A stretch of 64,000 nt of DNA, from NCBI GenBank assembly GCA_965217585.1, contig OZ244561.1, positions 5,344,001 through 5,408,000 of the forward strand, read 5' to 3'. Shown here piece by piece: positions 28,623 to 38,475 of the stretch. The DNA is from Candidatus Latescibacterota bacterium. Lineage in GTDB: Bacteria; Latescibacterota; UBA2968; UBA8231. The number at the start of each line of letters is the position of its first letter. Position 1 is the first letter of the stretch. The position numbers and the translations under genes were made by a program. Below the pieces are notes generated by a model that did no database searches, was not told the DNA's origin, and was given only the letters and a program-made list of their open reading frames with translations.

Positions 28623-29378
28623 TCAGTGGGTAGGCGTAAAGCGGCATACGCCGTCGAAGGAGACGCGCAATCGGGGGTGGCTCTCGTAGGGCCACGGATT
28701 GTAGGAGCGGGGAATGTAGTGGCCTGCCCAGCTATGGCGAAAAGATCCCCCGTCCAAAATGGGGCCGCCGCGGTGGATTAAGCGGCCGTTAAAGAACACG
28801 ATGTCGCCTTTGTCCGCTTCAATGGCAATTTCCGGCAACCCGTTGCGCGCGAAAAGGGTGTCAAAAGCGTCGTCTTGGTCACAGCCATACCAGGGGCCCG
28901 GTTCGCCGTTTTCATCGCGGCGGAAGTGGCGCTTTTCTATTAGATCTCCCTTGTGGGAGCCCACCTGAATGTGAATGCTGCCGTTGCGGGCGCTGACTTG
29001 CTGGAGAGCGACCCAGGCCGACATGCAGCCCGGCAGGAAAAAGGCGTCTTGGTGCCGGCGTTGCTCGGAACCCTGGTAAAAGTACATGCTCTGGACCCCA
29101 TCGGGCTCGGTGCCGAGGAAGGTGCGCAACGGCTGGCGCAGTCTGGGATCGAGCATCCAGGCTAGGCCAGCGGGATGGTGCAGGCTGCGGCTGATTAAGC
29201 GGCTCCAATCGTCCGGCTGGCGCGGGGGATAGCCTTCGACGCTGAAGCGGCCGGCGTGGAGGTCCATCATGTAGGTGACAAAGCGGTCGCACTCGTCGGC
29301 GGTAAAGCCGCCGCGGACGATCGCAAAGCCATCGCGCTCGTACTGTTCTTGGTGCAGGGAGGTTATTTCCAGTTCCAT
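28623..29378 (-). CDS. PhyH-family dioxygenase
   Basis: YERDGFAIVR, HQD, NGSIHIQVGSHK, GDIVFFNGRLIHRG; ATG 29378. Confidence 0.85.
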   Translation of the reverse strand: MELEITSLHQEQYERDGFAIVRGGFTADECDRFVTYMMDLHAGRFSVEGYPPRQPDDWSRLISRSLHHPAGLAWMLDPRLRQPLRTFLGTEPDGVQSMYFYQGSEQRRHQDAFFLPGCMSAWVALQQVSARNGSIHIQVGSHKGDLIEKRHFRRDENGEPGPWYGCDQDDAFDTLFARNGLPEIAIEADKGDIVFFNGRLIHRGGPILDGGSFRHSWAGHYIPRSYNPWPYESHPRLRVSFDGVCRFTPTH

Positions 29379-29404
29379 CGGGTTCTCGCTCTGTGATTGT
29401 GGGC

Positions 29405-29440
29405 TTGACAACTGACTGAATTAACGTTAATTCAGTCAGT
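29405..29440 (+). promoter_or_regulatory. TTGACA -35 box followed by a perfect 30-bp palindrome (operator candidate)
   Basis: ACTGACTGAATTAAC|GTTAATTCAGTCAGT at 29411-29440, ending 3 nt before ATG 29444. Confidence 0.75.
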
Positions 29441-29443
29441 ATC

Positions 29444-30595
29444 ATGTCCGGTATTTATATTCCCCAAGCACAACTTACTCGACTCAAGCGCCTGGCTACC
29501 CCCGGTAAAGTCGCCGTGGTGTACGGTCCTAGGCGGGTGGGTAAGACCACCTTGATCCAGCATTACGTCCAACAGTACGACCGCGACGCCCTCTTGGTGA
29601 CTGGGGAAGATATAACGGTACGCGAGTATTTGGAAAGTCAATCCTTAGTCAAATTGCGAGCCTTTATCGGTCAACGGCGCACATTGATTATCGACGAAGC
29701 CCAGCACGTGCGGCAAATCGGCCTAAATCTGAAGCTATTAGCCGATCACGTCGAAGAGCTACGCATTATCGCCACGGGTTCTTCTTCCTTTGATCTAGCT
29801 CAGCAGACGGGCGAGCCTTTGACGGGCCGCAAATACACGCTGTTGCTGTTGCCCTTGGCCCAGCTCGAACTGCAGGAGGTGGAAACAGCTCACCAGACTA
29901 GGGCTCAGCTCGAACTGCGGTTGATCTACGGGTCGTATCCCGAAGTCGTCCTCATGGAGTCGAACGAAGACCGCCAGCTTTATATAAAGGAACTAATAGC
30001 TTCCTATCTGTTCAAAGATATTCTACAGTTGGAAGGCGTTCGACACGCCGACAAATTGCTCCGCTTGCTCCAGTTGCTTGCTTTTCAGATTGGCCGCGAG
30101 GTTTCGGTGGCGGAATTGGGAGCCCAACTAGGGATGAACAAGAACACGGTGGAGCGCTATCTCGACCTACTCGAAAAAGCCTATATCCTCTATAGCCGCC
30201 GTGGCTTCAGCCGCAATCTCCGCAAGGAAATTACCAAGAGCCGGCGCTACTATTTTTACGACAATGGCATTAGGAACGGACTGATCAACAACTTCAACGT
30301 CCTATCTTTGCGCGATGATGTGGGGGCCTTGTGGGAGAACTATGTCTTGGTCGAACGACTGAAGTACAACCTATATACGGGGCGCTTGGCCGAGAGCCAT
30401 TTCTGGCGCACCTACGACCAACAGGAGATCGATTTGATCGAGGAGTGGGGAGGGGAGCTGCACGCCGCTGAAATGAAGTGGTCGCCGCAAGCCACTACCC
30501 GGGTACCCCGAGGGTGGCGTCAAGCGTACCGCGATAGTTCGTTCAAGGTCGTCCATCAAGGGAATTACCTCGATTTTATCACCGGTTCAAAATAG
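29444..30595 (+). CDS. AAA_14 ATPase with HTH and DUF4143/PD-(D/E)xK-like C-terminus
   Basis: Walker A GPRRVGKT, Walker B IIDEAQ, TGSS, LTGR, YFYDNG, GALWEN, EIDLI..EMKW. Confidence 0.9.
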   Translation: MSGIYIPQAQLTRLKRLATPGKVAVVYGPRRVGKTTLIQHYVQQYDRDALLVTGEDITVREYLESQSLVKLRAFIGQRRTLIIDEAQHVRQIGLNLKLLADHVEELRIIATGSSSFDLAQQTGEPLTGRKYTLLLLPLAQLELQEVETAHQTRAQLELRLIYGSYPEVVLMESNEDRQLYIKELIASYLFKDILQLEGVRHADKLLRLLQLLAFQIGREVSVAELGAQLGMNKNTVERYLDLLEKAYILYSRRGFSRNLRKEITKSRRYYFYDNGIRNGLINNFNVLSLRDDVGALWENYVLVERLKYNLYTGRLAESHFWRTYDQQEIDLIEEWGGELHAAEMKWSPQATTRVPRGWRQAYRDSSFKVVHQGNYLDFITGSK

Positions 30596-30597
30596 GC

Positions 30598-32577
30598 CTA
30601 CAACGCGCCCGATTTCAGGGCCCGCCGGCCGAGGGCCTCGATGTCCTCATCTATATGGGTCGTCTGGACCAGTACCAAGCTCAGCGCTACTGCCCAGCGC
30701 GTGCCAGCGGCGATCGCCCCTCCATCCGCGCTCAGATTCAAGTGATTGTCTAGCCACGTTTCGCAGAGGGCGTATTCCTGTCTAGCGCCCTCGATTTGCT
30801 CGGGACAGCTCAACGCCAAGATACTCGCCCTTGGCCCACCGTACAAGGCGACAAATAAATTGCCCTCGTAGTGCTGGAATAGCTCCCCAGCCAGCACCCG
30901 GGAGGTCCCCGCCGCCCGGTGATCAATGCGCATCCATTGCCCGTCCTCGGCCATCACCAGCACCCGGTCCGAACCCCAAGTCTCCGGGTAGCGCTTCTCT
31001 TCTGGAAAGAAGTTACAGTACTGAATGGCCCCCGGCTCCCACCGCTCGTGCGCTGTGAAGCGGCAGCGCAAGTCGAGGCGCAAGCGGTCTGCCGCAAAGG
31101 GGATGCGTACCTCGATGTCGGATTCGGCTGTGCCTGCGGGATTCTCGGCCACGACCCGTAAGCCGACCGCATCCGGTCCGTTTTCAATTAGGTCCACCGT
31201 TTTGGGATGGTTGAGACATTGATACGCGGTGCTGGCGTTGGCAGTGAACCAGTAGAGCGGTAGCCGAGCCATGACCGAATGGGGATCGCCCGGCACTTTT
31301 AGATCCCGCATCTTCAGATCCCGCAGGCAGAACGCACCCAAGTTGCCGTTGGCGTGCGCCGTAGAGAATAGTAGCAAGTTCTGGCGCTCGTCCCACCGCT
31401 GCGCGGCCAGCCAAATTCCCGGGGCCGAAGTCAGTTCCACGTCCACCTTGCGGTCGGCGGCTAGGGAGACGGTCGTTAGCATCTCGTCCGGCGGCCGGTC
31501 CGCGTCGGTCAGGATCGGGCCGTGGCGGTCGTCGGGCCGCAGCAGGTTGGGGCCGTTCGGGTCGTCGGCCGTCCCCCCGTCGCTCAGCGGCCAGACGAGC
31601 TTGGCTGGGTTGCCAACCGGACGTCTCCCCAAGCCGCGAATGTGGAGCCGCACCTGCCGCTCTGCGGGATCGGCCGGAAAGGTCACTTTTAGGTGCTCAG
31701 CGGTTTTGCTGATCACCGTCGTCCCTTCCATCGGACCGTAGTAGAGAGCCTTCCCTCCGTCCACAACCGGGGTCAGCGGATTTTGCAAGGCACGTTTCTT
31801 GCGCGCCAAAGTCCCCTCGTCGCCAGCGGTCAAAAGGGCCAGCATCCCGTTGAAGGCTTCTGCGGGACCGCGGGCGCGCGATTCGCCCTCGGCCCAGACG
31901 CCCCGCACGACCGGCCCGTCCTCAAGCCGCACCGACGACCATCCGGGCGATCCCCCCCATTGTTCAAAATAAGGTCCCCAACTCCGGTAAAAGGGCGGTC
32001 CTGCGCTTGTTAGCGGTTCCCAAGCGCGGCGCACATCGGCGGCGGTAGGTTCCTCCACTCCCGTTGGATGGGCCCAGATGCCGCCGTTGTGGTAGCACAG
32101 GACCGCGGCGTGTGCCCCGCGCTCGTGGATTAGGTGGTGCTCGCCGTCGATGGGCTGCCAGCCGTCGACGAAGGCCAATTCCGCCGCGGCCGCGATGAGT
32201 GGCCCCCCGCGCCCCGGATGAATTAGGCGTAGCATGGCATTCAGGTATATTGACCCATCTACCCATGCCCAGGTCTCCTGCATGGCGTCTCCGAGGTGAA
32301 TGCCGTCGGCATCGCACAGGCGCTGAACGGCGCGCAGCGCGAGGCGGTGGGGGCCTGCTTCCACTGGGATCAGACGAGGGTCTTGATCGGCCGCCGAGCA
32401 GAGAGTGGCTCCCGCTAGGTGTGCGTGTATGGCGAAGCGACCGACCGGCAGCGACTCTCCGGCGACTAGCCGGGATATGGTCAGTCTGCCGCCCTCGTGC
32501 CGGTCCCAAGCCAACACGAGCGGGCCGATGCGTCCGATCAAATTCTTTCCCTCGCGGGTGAATAGCCCAATGTCCAT
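30598..32577 (-). CDS. Hypothetical protein (659 aa)
   Basis: Long ORF in a minus-strand gene run with GGAG upstream; no family recognised. Confidence 0.6.
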   Translation of the reverse strand: MDIGLFTREGKNLIGRIGPLVLAWDRHEGGRLTISRLVAGESLPVGRFAIHAHLAGATLCSAADQDPRLIPVEAGPHRLALRAVQRLCDADGIHLGDAMQETWAWVDGSIYLNAMLRLIHPGRGGPLIAAAAELAFVDGWQPIDGEHHLIHERGAHAAVLCYHNGGIWAHPTGVEEPTAADVRRAWEPLTSAGPPFYRSWGPYFEQWGGSPGWSSVRLEDGPVVRGVWAEGESRARGPAEAFNGMLALLTAGDEGTLARKKRALQNPLTPVVDGGKALYYGPMEGTTVISKTAEHLKVTFPADPAERQVRLHIRGLGRRPVGNPAKLVWPLSDGGTADDPNGPNLLRPDDRHGPILTDADRPPDEMLTTVSLAADRKVDVELTSAPGIWLAAQRWDERQNLLLFSTAHANGNLGAFCLRDLKMRDLKVPGDPHSVMARLPLYWFTANASTAYQCLNHPKTVDLIENGPDAVGLRVVAENPAGTAESDIEVRIPFAADRLRLDLRCRFTAHERWEPGAIQYCNFFPEEKRYPETWGSDRVLVMAEDGQWMRIDHRAAGTSRVLAGELFQHYEGNLFVALYGGPRASILALSCPEQIEGARQEYALCETWLDNHLNLSADGGAIAAGTRWAVALSLVLVQTTHIDEDIEALGRRALKSGAL

Positions 32578-32626
32578 TTTTAACGATCTCCTCGTCGGTG
32601 CGAATAGATCGGCCGATCTGAGCGGT

Positions 32627-33583
32627 CTAGTACCCCTTCTTCTTATCGATGATATTGAGCACCGGTTCGCCCTTGAGGTAGCGCTCTAATTGGGCGCAGA
32701 AGAACTCGTAGACTTTGCGCGGTCGGTGCTGTGAGGCTCCAGCCCGATGCGGGGTGAGGATGATGTTGGGCGCGTCCCACAGCGGAGATTCGGGGGGCAA
32801 CGGCTCGACTTCGGTAACGTCGATACCGGCACCGGCGATCTGCCCGTCGTGCAGGGCCTCGCAGAGAGCATCCTCGTCAATGATGCCGCCCCGCGTCACG
32901 TTGATCAGATAGGCGCTCTTCTTCATCTGCGCTAGTTCCTCACTCCCGATGAGGTGATAGGTCTCCTTGGTGAGCGGACAGGCCATCATCACCACGTCGG
33001 TGCGACGGAGGAGGTCGTGCAGGTTGTCGCGGGTGTTGTCCCTGAGCTCGGAAATGCCCGGCGGCAGGTCGCGGCGCACCGGGTCAATGGCGATGATCGG
33101 CATATCGTAGCCGGCAGCCCGCTTGGCCATTTCAATCCCAAAGCCCCCCAGTCCCACAAGGCCCAACGTTTGCCCGGTCAATTCGACAGTAGCGCCACCG
33201 GCCCACTTGCGCTGGTCGTTTTGGCGAATCGACTGATCGATGCCTCGGGTCAGGGCGAGGAGCAAGGCCCAGGCGTGTTCGCCGCCTTGGGGGGCGTATA
33301 GCCCGGCTACGTTGGAAATGGCGACTTCGTCGCGGGCGATAATTTCGGGGAAGAGGAATTTGTCCATGCCGGTGCTGAAGGACTGGACCCAGCGCAGGTT
33401 GGGGGCAGCGGCACAGACTGCGGGCGGGAAGTTGCCGACAATGATGTCGATCTCGCCGGCTACGGCGATGGCCTCTTGATCGTCGTGGGCCACAAAGACT
33501 TCGTGCCCGCCGTTTTCGCGCGCTATCTGGCGCAGACGGTCGTGCTGTTCGTCGGTGAATGGGTAGTGGACTAGGATCTTCAC
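32627..33583 (-). CDS. D-isomer-specific 2-hydroxyacid dehydrogenase
   Basis: GLGGFG Rossmann motif, INVTRG, IDVTEVEPLP, ILTPH; GTG start after GGAGG. Confidence 0.9.
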   Translation of the reverse strand: MKILVHYPFTDEQHDRLRQIARENGGHEVFVAHDDQEAIAVAGEIDIIVGNFPPAVCAAAPNLRWVQSFSTGMDKFLFPEIIARDEVAISNVAGLYAPQGGEHAWALLLALTRGIDQSIRQNDQRKWAGGATVELTGQTLGLVGLGGFGIEMAKRAAGYDMPIIAIDPVRRDLPPGISELRDNTRDNLHDLLRRTDVVMMACPLTKETYHLIGSEELAQMKKSAYLINVTRGGIIDEDALCEALHDGQIAGAGIDVTEVEPLPPESPLWDAPNIILTPHRAGASQHRPRKVYEFFCAQLERYLKGEPVLNIIDKKKGY

Positions 33584-33596
33584 GCGAGCCTCCAAG

Positions 33597-34598
33597 CTAG
33601 GTTGAGAAGTGGGATAGGATGCGATCGATGCGATCGGCGAGCGATTGTTCTAGGCGCGGCCCGAAGCGGGTTACCACTTGCGCGGCAGCATAGCAGCCCA
33701 GACGCGCCGCGTCTAAGGGGCTGTACTCGTGGGACAGCCCGTAGAGCACGCCACCGGCAAAGAGATCACCGGCACCGTTGGTGTCGATAGCTTGCACGGG
33801 GACGCCGGGCACTTGGTAGTGGGTGCTGTCGGCGTACACTAGGGCACCGTCGGCTCCGCACGTTACGTAGGCCGTGCCGACTTGGGAAGCTAAGGCCGCG
33901 CCGGCTGTTTCGCGGTCGCTGATGCCGGTGCTGGCGAGGGCCTCCTCCTCGTTGCAGAAGAGCAGGTCTACGCCATACTGCAGGAGCGCGTCAAAGCGTG
34001 CCCGAAAGGCCCGGACGGCAAAGGGATCGCTCAGAGTCAGGGAGACGGCCGTGCCGTGCCGCTGGGCCATTTGCTGTGCTCGGCACGCAGCGGCAAAGCC
34101 GTCGTCCGAGCCGAGGAGATATCCTTCTATATAGATATACTGGCTGTCGGCGATGACCTCCTCTTGGAGCTGGGCCGGGCCGATGGCGCTGCTGATGCCC
34201 AAAAAGGTGTTGAGGGTGCGGTCGGCATCTGGCGTAATAAAAACCAAGCACTGGCCGGTCTTGCCTGCGCCGCGGCTGGCCGGATGAGTGGCCACGCCGG
34301 CTGCTTCGAGATCGCGCTGGTAAAAGTCGCCCCAAGCGTCGCGGCCGGTCAGGCAGGCATAATAGGTTCGGCCGCCAAAGCGGGCGACGCCGATGAGGGT
34401 ATTGGCCGCCGAGCCGCCCGAAGCCGAGGCGACCGGCTCGCCGCCGACCGCTGCTGTGAGGTTGCGCTGCCGCGCCTCATCGACGAGGGTCATAACCCCC
34501 TTTTCGATCTGGAGCTCGGCGAGGAACGCTGGGGCGACTTGATATTGGATGTCCACTAGAGCGTGGCCGACTCCATAGACGTCGTACGTGCGGGCCAT
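33597..34598 (-). CDS. PfkB-family kinase (adenosine kinase-like)
   Basis: SGGSAANT, FCNEEEA, IDTNGAGDLFAGG. Confidence 0.9.
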   Translation of the reverse strand: MARTYDVYGVGHALVDIQYQVAPAFLAELQIEKGVMTLVDEARQRNLTAAVGGEPVASASGGSAANTLIGVARFGGRTYYACLTGRDAWGDFYQRDLEAAGVATHPASRGAGKTGQCLVFITPDADRTLNTFLGISSAIGPAQLQEEVIADSQYIYIEGYLLGSDDGFAAACRAQQMAQRHGTAVSLTLSDPFAVRAFRARFDALLQYGVDLLFCNEEEALASTGISDRETAGAALASQVGTAYVTCGADGALVYADSTHYQVPGVPVQAIDTNGAGDLFAGGVLYGLSHEYSPLDAARLGCYAAAQVVTRFGPRLEQSLADRIDRILSHFST

Positions 34599-34758
34599 GG
34601 GCTTTCCTTCGGGTGGGAAATAGGCAAAATAACCTATTCGCTCATGGCTGCCAAAGAGGGAAGGGGCAAATCTTTTCTTGTTTTAATTCGCACTGCGAAT
34701 ATATTAAAACTTCTGCGGGAAACGCCCGCGCCTTCCACCCTTTACGGAGGTTGATGCA

Positions 34759-35280
34759 ATCGCAGCAAAGAAAAAGAGTTTTACGAGAGTAAACGATGAT
34801 ATTCGCGTGCCCCAAATTCGGCTCATCGGGTCCGATGGGGGGCAGGTGGGGATCATCGAAACGGCCCGTGCCTTGGCCATGGCGGAGGAAGCCAATCTCG
34901 ACCTAGTGGAAGTGGCCGCCGAAGCGCGCCCGCCGGTCTGCCGGATTATCGACTACGGTAAGTTCCGCTACGACCAAGAGAAAAAGGCCAAGGAAGCGCG
35001 CAAGAAGCAGCAAAACGTGCAGATGAAGGGCATTCGCATCGCCGGAGCCAATATCTCCGAACACGACCTTGAATACCGGATGGGCCACATCCGCACGTTT
35101 ATCGAAAAGGGGAACCGGGTCAAAGTCAGCGTCCGCTTCAAAGGGCGGCAGATGGCCTATCAGGAACGGGGGCACCAGCTACTGCAAGAGTTGGCTGCCA
35201 AGCTCGAGGATGTGGCCGTCGTTGATCAGAATCCCAAAATGGAGGGCCGCGAAATGTCACTCATTCTCAGGCCCCTCTGA
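34759..35280 (+). CDS. infC: Translation initiation factor IF-3, probable ATC start
   Basis: RVNDDIRVPQIRLIG..LDLVEV..PPVCRIIDYGKFRY; in-frame ATC 8 nt after GGAGG. Confidence 0.92.
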   Translation: MAAKKKSFTRVNDDIRVPQIRLIGSDGGQVGIIETARALAMAEEANLDLVEVAAEARPPVCRIIDYGKFRYDQEKKAKEARKKQQNVQMKGIRIAGANISEHDLEYRMGHIRTFIEKGNRVKVSVRFKGRQMAYQERGHQLLQELAAKLEDVAVVDQNPKMEGREMSLILRPL

Positions 35281-35298
35281 GGTTGGTCTAGAGCGCGC

Positions 35299-35339
35299 AA
35301 AAAGGCCGGTGTCCGCACTGCGGGCGTCGGCCTTTTTTA
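35299..35339 (+). terminator. Intrinsic, probably bidirectional terminator after infC
   Basis: AAAAAGGCCGGTGTCCGCA-C-TGCGGGCGTCGGCC-TTTTTT. Confidence 0.85.
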
Positions 35340-35420
35340 TTCGCGCTCTTCCGCCGCTGCCCGCCTTGCCTAAAGGGTTTTGGCACTTAGGGATAGAACT
35401 CTTTTTTTAGAGCGGTTGCT

Positions 35421-36221
35421 TCAGGAGGAGACTAGCATGTGTTCGGCTGCGCCATCGAGGCCGGCGATGACCGGGAAGGACTTCGACCGCGGGCCGTTGG
35501 CACCGGGTGTGTAGCGCACATGCGGTGAGAAATAGGCGTAGAGCGCGGTGTTGCGCGAGCGGTCCGTCTGGTTGGGGCCAGAACCGTGGACCATCAAGCT
35601 GTGGAACAGCACGGCAGACCCGGCCGCAAGCGGCACGTCGATCTGGCGCGAGCGGTCGATGTCCTCGCGGCTAGTCAGCGGTGCCCCTTGCTGTTGGGCG
35701 ATGTGGCCCCATTCCTGCAAGCCCCAATGGTGGCTACCGGGAATGACCTTAATGCAGCCGTTGTCCGGGGTGGCGTCGTCGAGGGCGATACTCGCGGTCA
35801 CGAGAGCGGGAGGCTCCATTGGCCAATAAGCCGAGTCTTGGTGCAGGGCGTGGGCCGAGCCGTGGAAGGCGGGCTTGAGCATTAGGGTACTCCGGAAGAG
35901 GAGCAGGTCGTCCCCGAGGAGCGATTGCACGGTGGCGACGAGGTGGGGATGGGCCGCGAGTTGGGCAAAGCACGGCGATAGAGCGCGAGTGTTCTCGATT
36001 TTGCGCAGCACCGGCAGGCCGTCGCGGTTTTGATCCTTAGAAAAAGGCTCGCGCTGAAAGTGACTGCTGAACGGGTCTTGGCGGTCTTCTAGGTCGGCGG
36101 CTAGTTGGTGCAGGCGTTGGATCTCGCGCTGGCATTCGGCGACCTCGCGGCCGTTGAGCAGGTCGGGGACGATTAAGTAGCCCTGCTGCTCGAAAAAGGC
36201 TCGCTGCTTGTGTGGGTCCAT
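35421..36221 (-). CDS. PhyH-family dioxygenase
   Basis: FEQQGYLIV, HQDSAYW, NGCIKVIPGSH, HSLMVHGSGPN. Confidence 0.9.
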   Translation of the reverse strand: MDPHKQRAFFEQQGYLIVPDLLNGREVAECQREIQRLHQLAADLEDRQDPFSSHFQREPFSKDQNRDGLPVLRKIENTRALSPCFAQLAAHPHLVATVQSLLGDDLLLFRSTLMLKPAFHGSAHALHQDSAYWPMEPPALVTASIALDDATPDNGCIKVIPGSHHWGLQEWGHIAQQQGAPLTSREDIDRSRQIDVPLAAGSAVLFHSLMVHGSGPNQTDRSRNTALYAYFSPHVRYTPGANGPRSKSFPVIAGLDGAAEHMLVSS

Positions 36222-36303
36222 GCGGCACTCCCGCTGTTGAGGTGATAACCCGCTAAGTGTACACTGGCCGCCGACTAGGTGTCAACCGGCCCATAGCGAA
36301 CGT

Positions 36304-38043
36304 ATGAAGCGATTTTTTCCATTTATATGCTGGCTGCCCGAACTCGGCCAGCCGGGCGTCTTGCGTGCCGATTTGATCGCGGGCCTCACCGTAGCGACGA
36401 TCCTCGTGCCCCAGGCCATGGCCTACGCCGAGTTGGCGGGGCTGCCGCCGGTCTATGGACTATACGCGGCCTTTCTGCCGCCGGCCGTAGCCGCGCTCTT
36501 TGGCTCTTCCCGGCATTTGTCCACCGGCCCGGTGGCCATAGCTTCGCTCATCAGCGCGACGACCGTGCAAGGGCTTGCTCCCGAGGGCGGCGAGCTATAT
36601 ATCGCCTATTCGCTGGTCTTGGGCTTGCTCGTCGGTCTGATACGGATCGCCTTGGGCGTGTTGCGGTTGGGTTTGCTGATTGACCTGCTGTCCGGCCCGG
36701 TGGTCGTCGGCTTTACCAATGCCGCGGCCTTTATCATCGCCATTTCCCAATTGCACAAGGTATTCGGTGTGGAGCCTCAACAGGGGGGGCATTTGCTGGC
36801 GGCCCTCCGCGTCATCGACGTGGCGCTATTAGAGGTCCATTGGCCGACGCTGGGGATGGCGGCGTTGGCCGGAGGGCTGCTGGTGGTTTTGCGCCGCGTG
36901 CGCTGGGAGCTGCCGAGCATGTTGACGACGCTGCTGGTCACCACACTCGTCTCTTGGCTGGTCGGATTTAGCGGGGAAGTGGTCGGCGAGGTCCCGCGCG
37001 GTTTGCCGCGGCCTTTGGTGCCGGCCCTAGACGCGGAGATCCTATCCCAGCTTTTCGTGGGGGCCTTGACCTTGACACTGCTCGGCCTGATGGAGGCCAT
37101 GGCCATTGCCAAGACCCTTGCCGCACGGACGCGACAGCATCTCGATATCAATCGGGAACTCATCGGCCAAGGCATGGCTAACGTGATCGGCGGGCTTTTC
37201 CAAAGCTATGCGACTTCGGGCTCGTTCTCGCGGTCGGCCGTCAACTACCAAAGCGGGGCACGGACGGGTTTTGCGTCGGTCGTGGCGTCGCTGGTCATCG
37301 CCGCGACGCTGCTCTGGCTCACGCCGCTGTTGTACTATCTGCCGCAAGCGACTCTCGCCGTTGTTATCATCACCGCGGTGTTCGGCTTGGTGCGCATCCA
37401 GCCCCTAGTGACAGCTTGGCGCATTAAATTCCACGACGGGTTGATTGGGGCCGCGACTTTTGTCGGCACGCTGGTCTTGGCACCGGACCTGCACTTGGGG
37501 GTTGGCCTTGGGGTGGGGGCTTCGCTGGTACTCAACTTCTACCGCACCATGCGGCCCCGCGTGGTTCTTCTCGCTCGGCACCTCGACGGCACGATGCGCG
37601 AGAGCGACGCGGGCCTGAGGCCGGATCAGCAGATCGCGATTATGCGCTTTGACGGCCAACTGTACTTTGGGTCTGGCCGTTATTTTGAGGACAAGGTACT
37701 CGAAACGATCGCTTCGGCACCCGAACTGAGGTACTTGATTCTCGATGCAGACGGAATCAATCGGATCGACGCTTCTGGCGAACAGGCGTTGCGCAACGTG
37801 GTTGAACGCCTGCGCGAAGTTGGGCTGGACCTATATTTCACGCGGGCGAAACGGCAGCTTACCGACGCGCTGGAGCGGTCGAGGCTGATGGAGCAGATTG
37901 GCCGCGATCACTTTTTTCGCTGGAATCAACACGCGCTCGAGTTCTTGTGGGCGCGGCTCCATCCCGATTACAAGGCGCGGTGTCCACTCAATGTGCCTCA
38001 CGCCCAAGAGTATAGGGACCGGGAAATCCAGTACTATATATAG
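36304..38043 (+). CDS. SulP/SLC26 anion transporter with STAS domain
   Basis: DLIAGLTVA..PQAMAYA.LAGLPP.YGLY, GSFSRSAVN, STAS motif IDASG. Confidence 0.92.
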   Translation: MKRFFPFICWLPELGQPGVLRADLIAGLTVATILVPQAMAYAELAGLPPVYGLYAAFLPPAVAALFGSSRHLSTGPVAIASLISATTVQGLAPEGGELYIAYSLVLGLLVGLIRIALGVLRLGLLIDLLSGPVVVGFTNAAAFIIAISQLHKVFGVEPQQGGHLLAALRVIDVALLEVHWPTLGMAALAGGLLVVLRRVRWELPSMLTTLLVTTLVSWLVGFSGEVVGEVPRGLPRPLVPALDAEILSQLFVGALTLTLLGLMEAMAIAKTLAARTRQHLDINRELIGQGMANVIGGLFQSYATSGSFSRSAVNYQSGARTGFASVVASLVIAATLLWLTPLLYYLPQATLAVVIITAVFGLVRIQPLVTAWRIKFHDGLIGAATFVGTLVLAPDLHLGVGLGVGASLVLNFYRTMRPRVVLLARHLDGTMRESDAGLRPDQQIAIMRFDGQLYFGSGRYFEDKVLETIASAPELRYLILDADGINRIDASGEQALRNVVERLREVGLDLYFTRAKRQLTDALERSRLMEQIGRDHFFRWNQHALEFLWARLHPDYKARCPLNVPHAQEYRDREIQYYI

Positions 38044-38050
38044 AAGAGAA

Positions 38051-38383
38051 TCAGAACCGCTTGGTGTCTGTGGCGGGGGGATCGTCTGTGGCGGGGGGAT
38101 CGTCGGACAGCAACTGGGTGAAGGAGTCGATGCGGGCATCGGCTCTGTTGATCAGCGCGTCTTTGTGCTGGCGGGCGCGGATCACTTCTTCGGCGATATC
38201 GAGCGCGGCCAAGATGGCGATATCGAGCGCGGCTCGGGATCCGACCCTAGCGGCGGTCTGCTGCATCTTCTCGTCGAGATAGGCCGCAGCGAGCCGAATG
38301 TACTCGGGGTCTTGGCCCTCGCTGTTGACGAGCTGATAGGTCTGATTATAGATGCGGACAGCGACAGGTTGTTGTTGTGACAT
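38051..38383 (-). CDS. zapA: Cell division protein ZapA
   Basis: V.IYNQTY....DPEYIRLAAAYLDEKM...IAILAALDIAEE pattern. Confidence 0.85.
   Translation of the reverse strand: MSQQQPVAVRIYNQTYQLVNSEGQDPEYIRLAAAYLDEKMQQTAARVGSRAALDIAILAALDIAEEVIRARQHKDALINRADARIDSFTQLLSDDPPATDDPPATDTKRF
38066..38104. repeat. 18-bp tandem duplication in the zapA tail (DDPPAT x2)
   Basis: GTCTGTGGCGGGGGGATC occurs twice in a row, exactly. Confidence 0.9.
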
Positions 38384-38394
38384 GAGATTTTGTG

Positions 38395-38443
38395 AAATAA
38401 AAAGTGGAGACTTCCGCGATCTCCCCTTGTCCCGGAAGCCCCC
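38395..38443 (-). terminator. Terminator-like hairpin in the zapA leader
   Basis: GGGGGCUUCCG/CGGAAGUCUCC stem (G-U pairs work only on the minus strand) followed by ACUUUUUUAUUU. Confidence 0.6.
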
Positions 38444-38475
38444 TCTTTTGCGCGCTAACCACGTGGCAACTAACC

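Noticed and set aside
28513-28695. 60-aa ORF as a real small protein
   Set aside because: It is a chimera of an off-frame PhyH 3' end and the DUF6785-like relic
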